Assembly (NCBI RefSeq): GCF_009914755.1
Contig: NC_060927.1
DNA from: the human T2T-CHM13v2.0 reference genome, Homo sapiens
DNA length: 64,000 nt
Reading direction: 5' to 3' (one strand)
Positions 24,381 through 38,145 of this stretch are shown in pieces. The translations under genes and the position numbers were made by a program. Position 1 is the first letter of the stretch. Every line of letters begins with the position of its first letter. Below the pieces are notes generated by a model. It saw nothing but the letters and a program-made list of their open reading frames with translations. It searched no databases and had not been told where the DNA came from.

Positions 24381-25671
24381 CTCTGATGGGTCTAGGAACA
24401 TGATTTTCAGTTTGTTTGGCTTTTTTATTATAAAAAGAGGGAGACAACTTGCAAGATCTCAGATGTGACAGCTGAAATCAGAAGCATTGTGAACATAATT
24501 ATACATATTTTCCAGGTCAATATGTGCACATGAAGACCTCCAAATGTAGAAAATCCAGTTTATTAAGATCCCCAGCATCTGCATTCTGAATTCCTTTGTT
24601 CTGTTTTGCTGAGGTCATATTTTCCAGAGGCTTATTCCCCTGCTCAATACCCATTATCAAACCACAGAAGGGGTGCTCAGTCAGAAATATTCCAGAAAGA
24701 CACACAACTACTCTGACAGGCAGCTATAGCTTCCAAGAATGGTTTCACAAGAAATTTGTGGTAAGATGGTGGAGTAGAAGGCACCAGGAATCTGTTACCC
24801 AGAGAACAATTGCAGTGGCAGAATCTGTATAACATAAGTATTTTAGAACTCGGAAGGCTTTCAACGCTCAGAGGAAGTCTTGCATGTAAATTACAGTTAA
24901 TTTTGGTCAATTTCAGGTGTTAGCACAGTAGAAACTATTCTTCCCCAACTTCCAGCCTCATGGCAGGCAGATGTGCATGTGTTCCTAAAGCAGTTGCAAG
25001 CAAGCTGCAGGAGCCAGAGTGGGCATAAAAAATCCTGTTATCCAAATATTAGAGAGCTGTGTTCTTATTGCTGATTGTCAGTTCTAAACACAGAAGTGCA
25101 GACGAAGAGACTTTGGCTATTATCTTTGTACCTCCCTCACTGTTGCAAGCCCCTCCTCCTTGGGCTGAATTGACTTCCAAGAAATTTAAAGAACGGGTGA
25201 CCTTTCTTCCCTCTTCACATCCCCTTCATCTTTTTCTTTTTCCACTTTGGGGTGCAGGATATTAATGATTAGGACATTCAAAAGAAAGTAAATATATGGG
25301 GAAAATTAGAAAGTGACTAAAATGTATGGTCAGGTAAAGGTACAAGCATAGAAAAGACCTGAAAAAAAAACTTAAGTTTAGAATGTAGGCTGATTCTTGG
25401 CACAGAGATTACCTACAAAAATCTTTAAAGACCGAAAAGAATAAAAACAATTTAAAAAAGCAAACCATGGGAAAGAAGAAGAACGTGATTTTGTTTTAGC
25501 ACATTATTATATATAAATGTCCAGTTTTCAACAACAACAAAAAATCAACAAGGCATACAAAGAAATGGGAAAGTATGGGCAATTCAAAGGGTAAAAATAT
25601 CAACAGAAACTCTTCTTGAAAAAGACCTGATAGCAGTTCCACTGGACAGAAAAACAACTAAAAGATATTCA

Positions 25672-26010
<339 letters not shown>

Positions 26011-27067
26011 CTAAAGGGATATGGAAAAAATCAAGGAAATAATGTGTGAACAAATCAATGAAATGAAGTGAAAATCACAATAACTGAAATGAAAAAAAAA
26101 ACACCACTAAGATTGAAAGGAAGTTTTGAAGAAGCAGAAGAAAGAATCAGACAGCTTGAAAATAGGACAACAGAAGCCATCAAGTTTGAGGGACAGAAAT
26201 ATAAAAATAATTGAAGTAAACAGAGCATAAAAGGACTTGTGAGATGGCATCAAGTTCACGAAAATAGGCATTATGGAAATCTAAGAAGAAGAAAAGGCAG
26301 AGAAAGAGATAGGGAATATTTTTAAAAATAATTACTGATATTTTCACAAATGATAAAAGTCATAAATACAGACATCCAAGAAGCTCATCAAACTCAAAGT
26401 AAGATGAATTCAAAGAGAACCATGTGGAGATACATTGTAATCAAACTTTCAAAAGTCAAAGACAAAGAACAAACAGTGAGAGACAAGAAGCTCTTCACAC
26501 ACAAGGGATATTCAATAAGATTATCAGCAGATTTCTCATCAGAAATGTTGGAAGCCTGAATGCCGTGGGGCAATATAGTCAAAGTGCTAAAAGAAAAAAA
26601 TAAAGACCAATGAACCAAGAATTCTATATTTAAAAAACCTGTCTTTTATAAGTGAGGAAAAAATTAAGACATTCCCAGATAAACAAAAGCCGAGATAGTT
26701 TGCTACTGGTAGACCTTCTCTGCAAGGAATTCTCAAGAGACTCCTGCAGAGTGAAATGAAAGAACACTAGACAATAACAAAAAGCTGCATGAAAAAAAAT
26801 TCAGATAAAGATAAATGTGTGGGCAATTATAAAAGTCAGTGCTATAGTAACAATGCTTTTTTAAAAGAATTCTACTCTGTTTTTACATGACTAAGGAGAT
26901 TAATATTTTTGAGAAAACTATTATTATTTCAAAAGCTAGTATTATTATAACTTTGGTTTGCAATTCCACACTTCATTTTCTTCTTTCTTGTAGTTTAAGA
27001 AAATAATGTGTTTAAAGTATTCATGATAAAAGCATTCAAAAAACTAGGAATATAAGCAAATCAACTT

Positions 27068-27350
27068 GGCTGGGCAGGGTGGCTCATGCCTGTAATCCCT
27101 GTACTTTGGGAGACCTAGGCAGTCATATTACCTGAGGTCAGGAGTTCGAGACCAGCCTCGCCAACATGGTGAAACACTGTCTCTACTAAAATACAAAAAT
27201 TAGCCAGGTATGGTGGCACAGCTACTCGGGAGGCTGAGACAGGAGAATCACTTGAACCTGGAGGCAGAGGTTGCAGTGAGCCGAGATTATGCCACTGCAC
27301 TCCAGCCTGGGCAACAGGGTGAGAATCCATCTCAAAAAAATAAAATAAAA
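27068..27350 (+). mobile_element. Alu (AluS-like)
   Basis: Dimer with a ~14 nt deletion in the right arm. Confidence 0.95.
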
Positions 27351-28025
27351 TTATTTCAGCATAATAAATACCGTATAGGTAAAACCTACATTATACTCAA
27401 AAGTAGAACACTAAAAACCTTTAAGATCAGGAACAAGGTAAGTATGCTCACTTTCACCACTTCTGTTCAACACAGTACATGAAGTGCTAGCTAGAACAAT
27501 TAGCCAGAAAAAAGTGATAAAAGATAATCAAATTGAAAACAAAGAAGTAAAATTATTTTTGTTTGTTCACAGATGATATAATCTTATATATAGAAAACAC
27601 TAAAGATTTTACACACATAAATGCACAGTGCCCTTTAAACTAACAAATGAATTCAGCAAAGTATCAGGATCCAAAATCAACACTCCCAAATCAGTTGCAT
27701 TTCTATACATTAACAATGAACAGTTTTAAAAGAAAATTATGAAAATAATTGCATTTATAATAGCTTTGAAAAAATAAAATACTTAGCAATCAACTTAAGC
27801 AAGTAGGTAAAATACTTTTACAAAGAAAACTACAAAACATTACTGAGGAATTAAAGAAAAGAAAGCATAATGAAAACACATCCTATGTATGTGGATTGGA
27901 AATCAATATTATTAAAATGCCAGTACACTACAAAGCAATATATAGATTCAGTGCAATCCCTATCAAAATCCCAGTGAATTTTTTTGCAGAAATAGTAAAA
28001 CCCATCTGATATGTGATTATATATA

Positions 28026-28328
28026 CAGTAGGCCCTCCACATCAATCAAAAATACTCCAAAAAAAATCCACAAAGTTTCAAAAAGCAAAACTTGAATTTG
28101 TTGTGCACTAAACATTACATTGAATTCATGCAAGTGAAGTGATGTGTAGGCATTGTATTAAATATTATAAGTGATCTAGAGATGGTTTCAAGTATATGGA
28201 GGATGTGGATAGGTTATAATCAAATATGTCATTTTATGTAAGGGACTTGAGAATCTTGAGAATCTGTGGATTTTTGTTTCTGTGGGGGTGCTGGAATCAG
28301 TTCCCCTTGGAGACTCAGGAGTGGCTGC
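28026..28328. mobile_element. Tigger3-like DNA-transposon relic
   Basis: 'cagtaggccctcc', 'aaaagcaaaacttgaatttg', 'gatgtgtaggcattgtatta...ctagagatg' and 'cattttatgtaagggacttgag'. Confidence 0.75.
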
Positions 28329-28959
28329 ATGTAATGAGGTATTAATATCCCAAATGTATATAGAAAATCTAAACTCAATAATTAAAAAACAAAAAAATCT
28401 AATTCAAAAACGATCAAATAATCTTAATAGACATTTTCAAAAGAAGATATACCCCTAGCCAATAAGTAACAAAAAAGATGCTCAGTCTCACTAATGATTA
28501 GTGGAGTGCAAATCAAAACTGCAATGATATACAAGCTTATACCCCTTAAGTAGGCTACTGTCAAATTTTAAAAAAAAAACAAAAAACAAAAACCAGAAAA
28601 TAACAGATGTTGGCAAGGATATAAAGTAACTGGAATCCTTGTACACTGTTTATGGGAATGTGAAATGGTACAGACAATGTGGAAACAGTATGACAGTTCC
28701 TCAAAAAGTTAAACATAGTGTTCTTATATGATCCAGCAATTCCACTTCTGTACATATATTCAAAATTGAATGTAACATCTAAAAGAAATGTTTATACAGC
28801 CATATTCATAGCAGCATTGTATACAATAGTCAAAATATGGAAGCAACCCAAGTGTCTATCATCAGATGAATGGAGCAGCAAAAGTGATATACACATACGA
28901 TGGAATATTATTCACCTTTAAAAAGGAAATTCTGCAACATGCTGCAACATGCATGAAAC

Positions 28960-29185
28960 TAATAACTGTACATTTTAAAATTACTTAAAGAATGGAATTT
29001 GATGGTTTGTAACTCAAAGGATTAATGCGTGAGGGGATGGATACTCCACTCTCTATGATGTTATTATTTCACATTGCATGCCTGTATCAAAACATGTCAT
29101 GTACACCCCTACCTACAGTGTAAGCACAAACATTACAAAATAAAAGTAAAAATTGAAACAAATAAATTAAATTTAAAATAAAAAA
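28960..29185 (+). mobile_element. Short L1MA 3' end with A-rich tail, nested in the L1MB
   Basis: 'gtttgtaactcaaaggattaatgcgtgaggggatggatac' and 'cattgcatgcctgtatcaaaacat'. Confidence 0.75.
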
Positions 29186-29789
29186 GACATTATGCTAAAA
29201 GAAGTAAGCCAGTTACAAAAAGACAAATGATCCCATTTTTATGAGGTACTCACAGGAGTCAAAATCATAAAAACAGAAAGAAGAGTGGTTGTCAGGTGCT
29301 CGGGCAGAGAGGAATGGGAAGTTATTGTTTGTTGGGAATAGACTTTCAGTTTTACGAGATCAAAGAGCTCTGGGGATGGGTGGTTGGTAATGGTTGTTCA
29401 ACATTGTGAATGTACTAAATAACATCGATTTCTGGATTTTTATATGGTTAAGATGGTAAATTTTATGTTATGTGTACTTTACTATAATTTTTAAAACAAA
29501 GAAAACAGATTTTTCAAGCATGCTCATAAAAATATGTTTAAAATATGCATAAGAAGGACTACTGAAAAAATATAACAAAAAAAGTAGCTATGGTAGGAGA
29601 AATGTGAGAATTAGTTTTTACTTTATAAATATTCTGTATTGTTGTTTTATCATTTTTTATTCCAAAATACTTCTTTAAATAGGAAAAAGAATAAGTACGA
29701 AAAATATTTGACTTCTAATTAAGAATAAAAAACTGTCTCATAGTCTTGTCAAACTGCTTTAAAATTCTTCCACCTAACTTTTTCTCTTT

Positions 29790-29946
29790 TTCCTTCACTC
29801 AGGATCAAACTCTCATTAATCCGACAGTTCTTCCAGCTTTGTCTGATTACTTCCCTATTTTCTCTTACTCAAGTATTCTCATTAACAAAATCTTTGCACA
29901 TTTTATTTTGTCTTGATATCTACTTATCAGAGGATCTAGTCTAACA
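29790..29946 (+). mobile_element. ERVL LTR16-like 3' fragment
   Basis: 'ttgcacattttattttgtcttgatatctacttatcagaggatctagtctaaca'. Confidence 0.5.
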
Positions 29947-30380
29947 ATCTAACTTTTGGGGTCTACATTCTCAGAACCACTAGGTATAAGAATCATATGT
30001 TAATCTATCACAGAAATATTCCAAAAGTGGTAAGATGCCCATTGGGAATATAAAAATTGTAGGTATATAAAGTATGCATTCATTAAAACATTAGCCGTCT
30101 TCTATGACTATCAATCACTTGATTCTCCTGGAGAATGCAGAGATCTCTACTGAACACTCCTCCAGGCCAGAAAAAGTGCCCTTCCTGCTTCTTCCACACA
30201 TTAAGACCTAGTTATTTAAAAAATATTTTTATTTTACAATTGTATATGGAAAGACTAGACTAATTGTTTTCACAAACTTATTTGCCTATTCAGTGAGGAA
30301 AACTCATATTCCAAAAATCTCTAGATGTTGAGATTGAATGCGTAATTTCACTTTATTCTACAGTGCATTATTCAGACTTT

Positions 30381-30676
30381 TTTTTTTTTTTTGAGACAGG
30401 GTCTCACTCTGTTGCCCAGGCTGGAGTTCAGTGGTGCAATCTCAGCTCACTGCCACCTCTGCCTCCCGAGTTTAAGAGATTGTTCTGCCCTAGCCTCCAA
30501 GTAACTGGGATTATCGGGGCGTGCTGCCACGCCCTACTAAGTTTTAGTATCTTTAGTAGAGAGAGATAGGTTTCACCATGTTGCCCAGGTTGGTCTCAAA
30601 CTCCTGACCTCAAGCGATGTGCCTGCCTTGGCATCCCAAAGTGCTAGGATTACAGGCATGAGCCACCGCACCCAGC
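30381..30676 (-). mobile_element. Alu (AluJ-like)
   Basis: Antisense dimer; exact TSD ttcagacttt at 30371-30380 and 30677-30686. Confidence 0.95.
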
Positions 30677-32211
30677 TTCAGACTTTACTTGAACATTTTA
30701 TGATATTTTTTTCCTAATAATTCCATAGATTTAATTATGTTTAATTTCATTTAAGGAAAAACGCAGATACTGTCCAAATTCTTACTTTATTTGGTGTCTT
30801 ATAAATATAATAGGTATAACAAAAAATATTTTACAATGTGTTTTCATAAGCTTGATTGCATCTAATCTGTATTTTTATTATGGAAGATGAGCTTTAAATA
30901 TTAACCACAACAAAATACAATATAATCATTTTAAAGACGCTGTGTTGATAAAGCTTTTATTATCATTTTTCCTACTTATCTACCCTATAACCATAGCACA
31001 GACCTACCCTGGTTTCTGTTTAGTGTCATAGTCCTCACTGTCAACACAAATTAACTCAAGGAGGTAAGCAGTTTGTTTCTCCCTTATGACTTTCTCAGGC
31101 AATAAATAAAAACCTAGGATAAATAAAATCTGAAATACTTATCGTGGCAGGTCTATTGTCATGATTTGTAGTTGATGTGGATTATGCCCTTATAGTAAAC
31201 TTCTATGTCAGAAATGTTTTGTCAATAACAATATTACACAAAACACAATAACAGTGATATAATTGGAAAAATGTATTGGTCTATAGAAGTAGACTCTAGT
31301 TCATCAAGGAATATTATTACAATACAGTTTTTTAAAGAATGTTTGAACTTCATGTTTATCAAACTGAAGGGAGAACTATTTAAAGTTCAACATTTTCCTG
31401 TTAACACACACGCAATCCATGCTGTTTGTTTTTTTTTGTTTTGTTTTGTTTTTTGTTTTTCTTTTTGAGACCATGCTGTTTTATATACTGGCTGTCTCTT
31501 ACATTTATTTATTCTCTTTTTTTCTTAGGAGACAACTAATGTTCATGCAGAGTTTTCGTTCATTCAACTTTCACAAAGAGGATTCTGTTTTTCTCCTCTA
31601 GTCATTCTCCCGGAATACTGTTTTTTATTCTCCTTATATCAGTAACAGAATAAGAAGGGGTAGGAAGAAAACATAGCAAAGGCAGAGATTATAAAAAAAC
31701 GAAAGGAAAATGTTGGCTGTGACAGATATGTTAATACCTTTATTATTGTGATGGTTCTGTAGTTGTACACATATGTTAAAACATATCAGATTGTGCACCT
31801 TAAATATTGCTGTACATTTTATGAAAAGTGTACCTTTATAAAGCTGTTAAAATATTATTTGTAATAACACAGGAAGTCAAAAATCTAATTTGGTAATTTT
31901 AGTAGAAGTTACTCTACTAAAATTTAGTTACTCTATCTAGAAGTGCTTAGTCTTTATGAATATTTCACATTATTAAAACAAATAGATAGCTTTTTCAGAT
32001 TTATTTATTCCTCTACTTTTAACTCTTGTGTAATATTATAAGAGACATCTTCTCTGACCCTATCTTCTATTATCCAGACTTAACACATTATTTGCAGATT
32101 CTTCAAATATCCTACTTGCTGTCCATGTCTCCAACATGTCTCTATGCTTTGAAATATGTTTATCCTATGCTTAAAAAGTGCTTAACCAACGTTAAATGAT
32201 ATAAATGATAC

Positions 32212-33044
32212 TAATATGGCAGTGCAGAGAAGGGAAGGGGGTGGTCCCTTTAAATGATACAGAAGTAGGGAAAGGAAGTGCTGGGTAGGGGAGGGTGTGG
32301 TCCCTGGCTAGGGCTCCACCTCCATGGACCTAGGCGAGGACAGGCACTTTTGTTTTTCTGCCTAAATGTTGCATTTCCCAAGACCACCCTGGCCTGCCAT
32401 GGCCCATCCTGTGCCTATAAAAACCCCAACACCCTAGCAGGCAGACACATAGGTGGCTGGACGTTGAGGGGAGCACATCAGAGGAACACAAGGGCGGCTG
32501 GATGTCAAGAGGAACGCACTGACAGGCACCTGCATGCTGGCAGGTCTGCAACACGCAGAAGCAGAATAATACGGAGTTGGCTGGGTCTGTCTGAGGAGAG
32601 CCCAGGCCGCTGAGTGGCCCGATTCCAGGGGAAAACCTTCCCACTACATCCCCTCTGACTTCCATCTGCTGAGAGTTACCTCCACTCAATAAGACCTTGC
32701 AATCATTCTCTAAGCCCAGGTGTGATCCGATTCTTCTGGTACACCAAGGCAAAAACCGAGATACAGATAGCCCTCTGTCCTTGTGACAAGGTAGAGGGTC
32801 TAATTGAGCTGGTTAACACAAGCCACCAATAGACGGCAAAACTGAAAGAGCACACAGTAGCACACACCCACTGGGGCTACAGGGGCTGTAACCATCTACC
32901 CCTAGACACTACCATGGGGTTGGAGCTCCACAGCCTGCCTGTCTGTATGCTCCTCTAGAGGTTTGAGCACCGGAGCACTGAAGAAGGGAGCCACCTGCCC
33001 TGTTGCACGCCCTGAGAGGGGACAAGGGAACTTCTCTCATTTCA
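32212..33044 (+). mobile_element. ERV1 solo LTR, LTR1 family
   Basis: 'ggaagtgctgggtaggggagggtgtggtccctggctagggctccacc...ggacctagg'; TATAAAA at ~32416; ends tttca; TSD atac at 32208-32211 and 33045-33048. Confidence 0.85.
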
Positions 33045-33599
33045 ATACTTGCTCTGATGAATCTTCCTCAACATACCACTTCTTGTCACTCTCAAATCAG
33101 GCACAGCATGCAGATCATCACAGTTGCCAAAGGACTGGATAGGTAATATACATTATGTCTATGAAATGTGCATAATACATCATGCATGCTTCTACCTACA
33201 TTTATTATCCTTTTTTCTTGCAGAATTTGGTCAAGTATCCAGCCCATTTTGGTCCTCAAAAGATACTTCCATAGTGAATGAATAACAATTTGACATTAAG
33301 TAATATTCAAAAATTTCTATCATTACAAAATTATCCAGTTGGCAAATATTCCCAGTATAATCTCCATTTTTAAACTACATAAATGCTATTTTTATTAGAT
33401 AATATTGAATAAATTATTGATATTCTAAATAAACATAAAATTAATGCTTATATATAAGGCAAAGTTTTAACTTTGAGTCAAACTCTTAATCACTGGTTCT
33501 ATGGAAGATGGTCATATATTGACCTAAATAAGAGCCTATGCTTTTATTTTCATTATGATGATTCTGTCTGCTCTGAGAAGGATCCATTTAAGAAAAAGT

Positions 33600-34282
33600 A
33601 AAAGGAAAAAAGAAGACCTCTTAGGAAGCTGTGACAGATGGCTAGTTACAAGGTCATGGTGGCTTAGTCCAGGGTGGAAATAACATTAATTAAAATTGAT
33701 GAAGTATTTATTTTAGAAATAAAGTCAAGCATACTGACAGATTGAATGTACAGAGAGGGAAAGTAACCAAGTCTGTCTCCTATGTTTTGATTCTAGTAAA
33801 TGTGCAGTTGACTGGGATAATGAAGACTGGAATAAAAAAATATAAGTAAGTGGGGCAAGACATAAAGATATCCATTTTAATTTTGTAAGTTTGAGATAGC
33901 TAAAGTACATCCATGTAAACGTATCACAATTAAAGTTGGAAGTACCAGAGCAGGTCCTAGAAAACGTTGAGCTCCACAAATAGAAACATGGAATTTATTA
34001 GCATGCAGATATGGCTGAGACATTTGCTGCTCACCAAATATCCATGTGCTCCCCCAATTTACCAGTCCTCTTGTATTTACACAGAGCCAGGTGATTGGTT
34101 CTGCTGAAGGGCTGTGATTGAAAATGATGTGTGTCATTTTCAAACCAAATTATGTAAGAGTCGACGTGTGACTGACCAGTTCTCTCCTTTGCACTGGTGA
34201 CAAAAATATCTGTATTTTTGTATGAAGCACCTAACATATGATAAAATAATCACCAGAGTGGTTTCCTGAGTAATATACATTT

Positions 34283-34313
<31 letters not shown>

Positions 34314-35340
34314 AAAAATTGAAATGAATACATCAAGTAAGCAGCTGAATATCAATAATCTGGAATTCAGAATAGAGATACACATTTGGAAAACATCAAC
34401 ATATAGGTGCCTTTAAGTGTTCAGACTGAATGTGATCAGAAAGTGAGTAAATGCCTGCAGAGAAAACACAGGCCATAAGGACAGAGCCCAGACAAACTCA
34501 AAGAATCCAGGATAAAGAAGGAGTACCAGCAAGAAGCCTGAGGAAAAAATGATATTTGAGGTAAAAGAGAAACCAATAATGTGGTATTTTGAAAGCCAGA
34601 TATAGAAAATATTTTCAGGAGGGAGGACCAACAAACTTCCGTGTATTTTTCATATGTCAAGTAAAATTTAGGTTTGCATTGACAATTGAATTTAAGAGTA
34701 TGGAGATAATTTGTTACTTTAAGAAGCAAGCTTAGAAGAGTATTGGGTATAAAAAAGTGATTTTAGGAGTTTATAAATAGTATGGGAGGAGATAAATGAC
34801 AGGCAAAGATTAAGAACAACAATTTAAAATTTTTTAAATGTAAAATGAAACAGATAAATGAATTATTAGAAAAAATTGAAGTTAAAAGAGATTTTTTTTA
34901 AGATGAGAGAAATAAGTACATATTTTTATACTTATGGAAACAATTTGCTTGAGAGGAAAAATAGAAGATGCAGAAAATCTGAAGTAATTTTATTTTTGGA
35001 GATATTTTGAAATAATAACTTTGAATAAAGAACAAGTGATGTGATCCAGTACACCGGAGGAAATGTTCTTTGAGAGTCCCATGGAGAAATCATGTATAGT
35101 AATAGGAAGAAAAGCACATCAGAGTGCTAGAGACGCAGTTTAACAAAGAGGTATTGGGATCAGATTCTTCTGACAGCTTCCATTTTCTCAGAAAAATACA
35201 AAGTAAGGTCATCAGCTGAGAATAAATAAAGGGATGCAGATATCTGAGAGAGAGGAGAGAGGAGAAGGTATATACTAGCCTATTAGGGCAGTGGGAGCAT
35301 GAATCTTATAAGAAAATGCAATAGAGTTGCTTGAAAACAT
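33600..35340 (-). mobile_element. L2 fragments with an MLT1-like insert (~34010-34270) and a (TA)n at ~34283-34305
   Basis: L2-like 'ggtggcttagtccagggtgg', 'catttggaaaacatcaacatatagg' and 'tgtggtattttgaaagccag'; boundaries approximate. Confidence 0.55.
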
Positions 35341-35479
35341 TGTCTAAAAAAGACCAAAAGCTCAGAATGTAGACTAAACTGTGTCATTTACCAGAAACTA
35401 CATTATCAAAAGAATTGACAGGAGTTATAACCATCCAGAGCTAGAGACCACTATGCCATCTTAATCAGGAAAGAATTAG

Positions 35480-35800
35480 CTACTTTAGTAACAAATTATC
35501 CCATTACTTTCAATTACTTAATAAAGAAAATAGTTTATGTCTAATTATTCCTATTCAAAAAATTTTGATAAAGAGTTTTGTTTCACATATTCCTTCATAG
35601 AACAAACTGACAGATGCTTTAACAATAGAACATGTATATCCTTAGGTCATTGCAATGGAGGAAGAGACAGACTGTGAAATGACATACTAGCTCTTAAATG
35701 CTTTGGTCCAAGAGTGACATATGCCACTTCTACTCACAATCCATAGGCTATAATGTGTCACATATGTTTAATCCATTGCAAGAGATTTATGTAGAAGAGC
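35480..35800. mobile_element. MLT1-like MaLR LTR fragment
   Basis: 'tagctcttaaatgctttggtccaagagtgacatatgccacttctactcaca'. Confidence 0.5.
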
Positions 35801-36958
35801 CCAAAGAAAGACAATAAATAGTAAATATCTATGGACTACCATTTTAGTTATTTAACTTATCAAAATTATGATTCTATTTGATACAGAAGTACAATTTAAG
35901 AACACTTCAGATAATTTTCATGAATATTCAGTGCACATGTGGTAATTATAGAAATAGTGTTAAATTCTCAACAAAATATGTATGCATCATCATTGATTTA
36001 ATGAACAAACTTTTTGAGGCCTTTCAAAAGTATATAATTATGACTTTTCTTTGAGTGTCATAGTCTTGTCTTTTCTGAGCTAAAGTCCTTATAAAATTAA
36101 AAGTAACGAAATCAGCTCCACAGATAACTTTAATAAAGAGAGATGATGTGTCATGCTATCTGGTGGCATGGATTTGAAACAGAAAGCTGGAGAGCGAGTG
36201 GTCAGAAAGCAGCAATAATGTACAAACAGAACATCTGCCCCTCCTCTAAGCTAGCTGAAAGGAATCAGCTGGAGTACAAAGCATCTCTGCTCTTGAGACT
36301 GTAGGAAGAGCAAAACTTACCAAAAGTCAGCTTCCACTCAGATCAATTAATGAAAAGATTGCTTAGAGGGAAGATAGTGGATATAGGGGATAATGAATGA
36401 CTGACTAGGAGTTATCAAAGGCACAACAGACAAACAGGATCAGAAAACAAAACACAAAATCCTATGTGGCTTAGAGTGAAAAGTAGTATGGATGATCTAG
36501 GAGTCCCTCACAATTTTTATGGTGATCTAATTAAATTAGAATAAAGAATCTCATGGAGATAGTTCTGGTAAGGCTCTGAGGATTAGCAGAGGAGGAGAGG
36601 TAGGGGTTTTTGCTAGAAACATCATGACCACTCTTTAATTTGGCCAACAATTGAGTAGAGTGATGATCTTAATTAGAATGCTCAGCATTCAGAGAATGTT
36701 CTAAAATGGCATAGGTATATGATAAGGGTGTATATATCATCTTCTGGGAGTGGGTGTGTAACACTTATTTAGGGAGATAGAACATTTAAACATGTAAGTT
36801 CAAACAGAGCTAGAGAAGCCAGCCATGAAAACCAAAACAAAAGATGCAACCAGTAAGGTAGATAAAACCAGGAGAGTGAGGTTGCAAAAAGATATCAGGT
36901 ACAAAAAAATGTCTGAAGTGGCAAACTGTGCTAAAATTAGGCCTAGAGATCATGTCGA

Positions 36959-36978
36959 GTGTGTGTGTGTGTGTGTGT
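36959..36978 (+). repeat. (GT)n microsatellite
   Basis: Direct read. Confidence 0.9.
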
Positions 36979-37978
36979 CCATATACGTATCCTTCCATAT
37001 GTTTTTATAGCTGTGATAGAGTTTAAGCAACTAACGTTCATGTCAGGGAAAGACAATGAAGTGCTCATTAAATGTTATTTTTAATCCATTAATTAGTCAT
37101 ACTTTTAGATAGATGGATAGATAGACAGACAGATGATAGACAGAAAGAGAGAGCACATACCATGTGCTAAGCACTATTAAAGGCTCTGAGATAAGAAAAC
37201 AATACAAAATACCCTGTGCTCATGGGAATTAACTTCTGATGGATTTTTGTTCAGCATGCTAAGCACTAATACAGAGATTCTATCTTCTTAAAATAATTAT
37301 TCACTAAAACATATGGAAACAAAAGGTATTCAGAATCATCAAATGGTTTGATTTGTTTATGTTTTCATTCATGGTAACAAATATAAAAAATAATTTATTA
37401 TGAATGTACAGATTAAATAGTGTTCTAATCAATGACTTAAAATTTGGGTACTGGTTTGGATTTGGTCTGTGTTCAGAATATCATTGTAAAACTATATTGT
37501 GTTTTGAAATGCATGGCAAATAGAAAATAGATTTCCTGATATATGTTTTCATATAAAAGTATTGTCATAAGAATACTATAAAACATGCTTTAAAAATCTT
37601 GATATAAAATTCCATTTCTAATTTATACATTTCTAATGGAATTGGAATTCAATGGAATTCTAATGGAAATGGAATTTCAAATTAGAAATGTATAAAATTT
37701 ATATAGATGGAAAGTTTAGAGAGGGAAGCGTTTATTATCTTCCATATCAAAGTAGAAACAATTAAAGGAGTGATTTTGACATTAGATTTCATATTATTAG
37801 AATTGTCAGTGCTAAATCATATCTGCTTGTTTATGACAAACAGGAGCAGTATTTGTAGAAAGTGCTAGGATGAAATACTACCTCTTTATTTTACTCTTAG
37901 ACTCTTGGAGATAATAAAAATAGTTTTTAATAAGCTTTTTTTAGTACCTTCCATTTATTCATTTGTTTAGAAAATCTG

Positions 37979-38145
37979 TTTTGTTTATATCTATAACATC
38001 TAAATTCAGACACATATTACATTTTAGAAGAGGGATGTAAGACATTTATTCTATATAAGATATTTTGTTTATATCTATAACATCTAAATCAGACACACAT
38101 TAAATTTTAGAAGAGGACTGTTGGACATCTATTTTATATAAGATA
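37979..38145 (+). repeat. Two-copy tandem duplication, ~84 bp unit
   Basis: ttttgtttatatctataacatctaaat...tataagata at 37979-38062 and 38063-38145. Confidence 0.9.

Noticed and set aside
32278-32752. Overlapping 111 and 140 aa ORFs
   Set aside because: They lie in a GC-rich LTR1 solo LTR and show no gag, pol or env similarity
37636-37676. HSATII/III (GGAAT)n satellite
   Set aside because: Only about five degenerate units; better explained by local templated duplication
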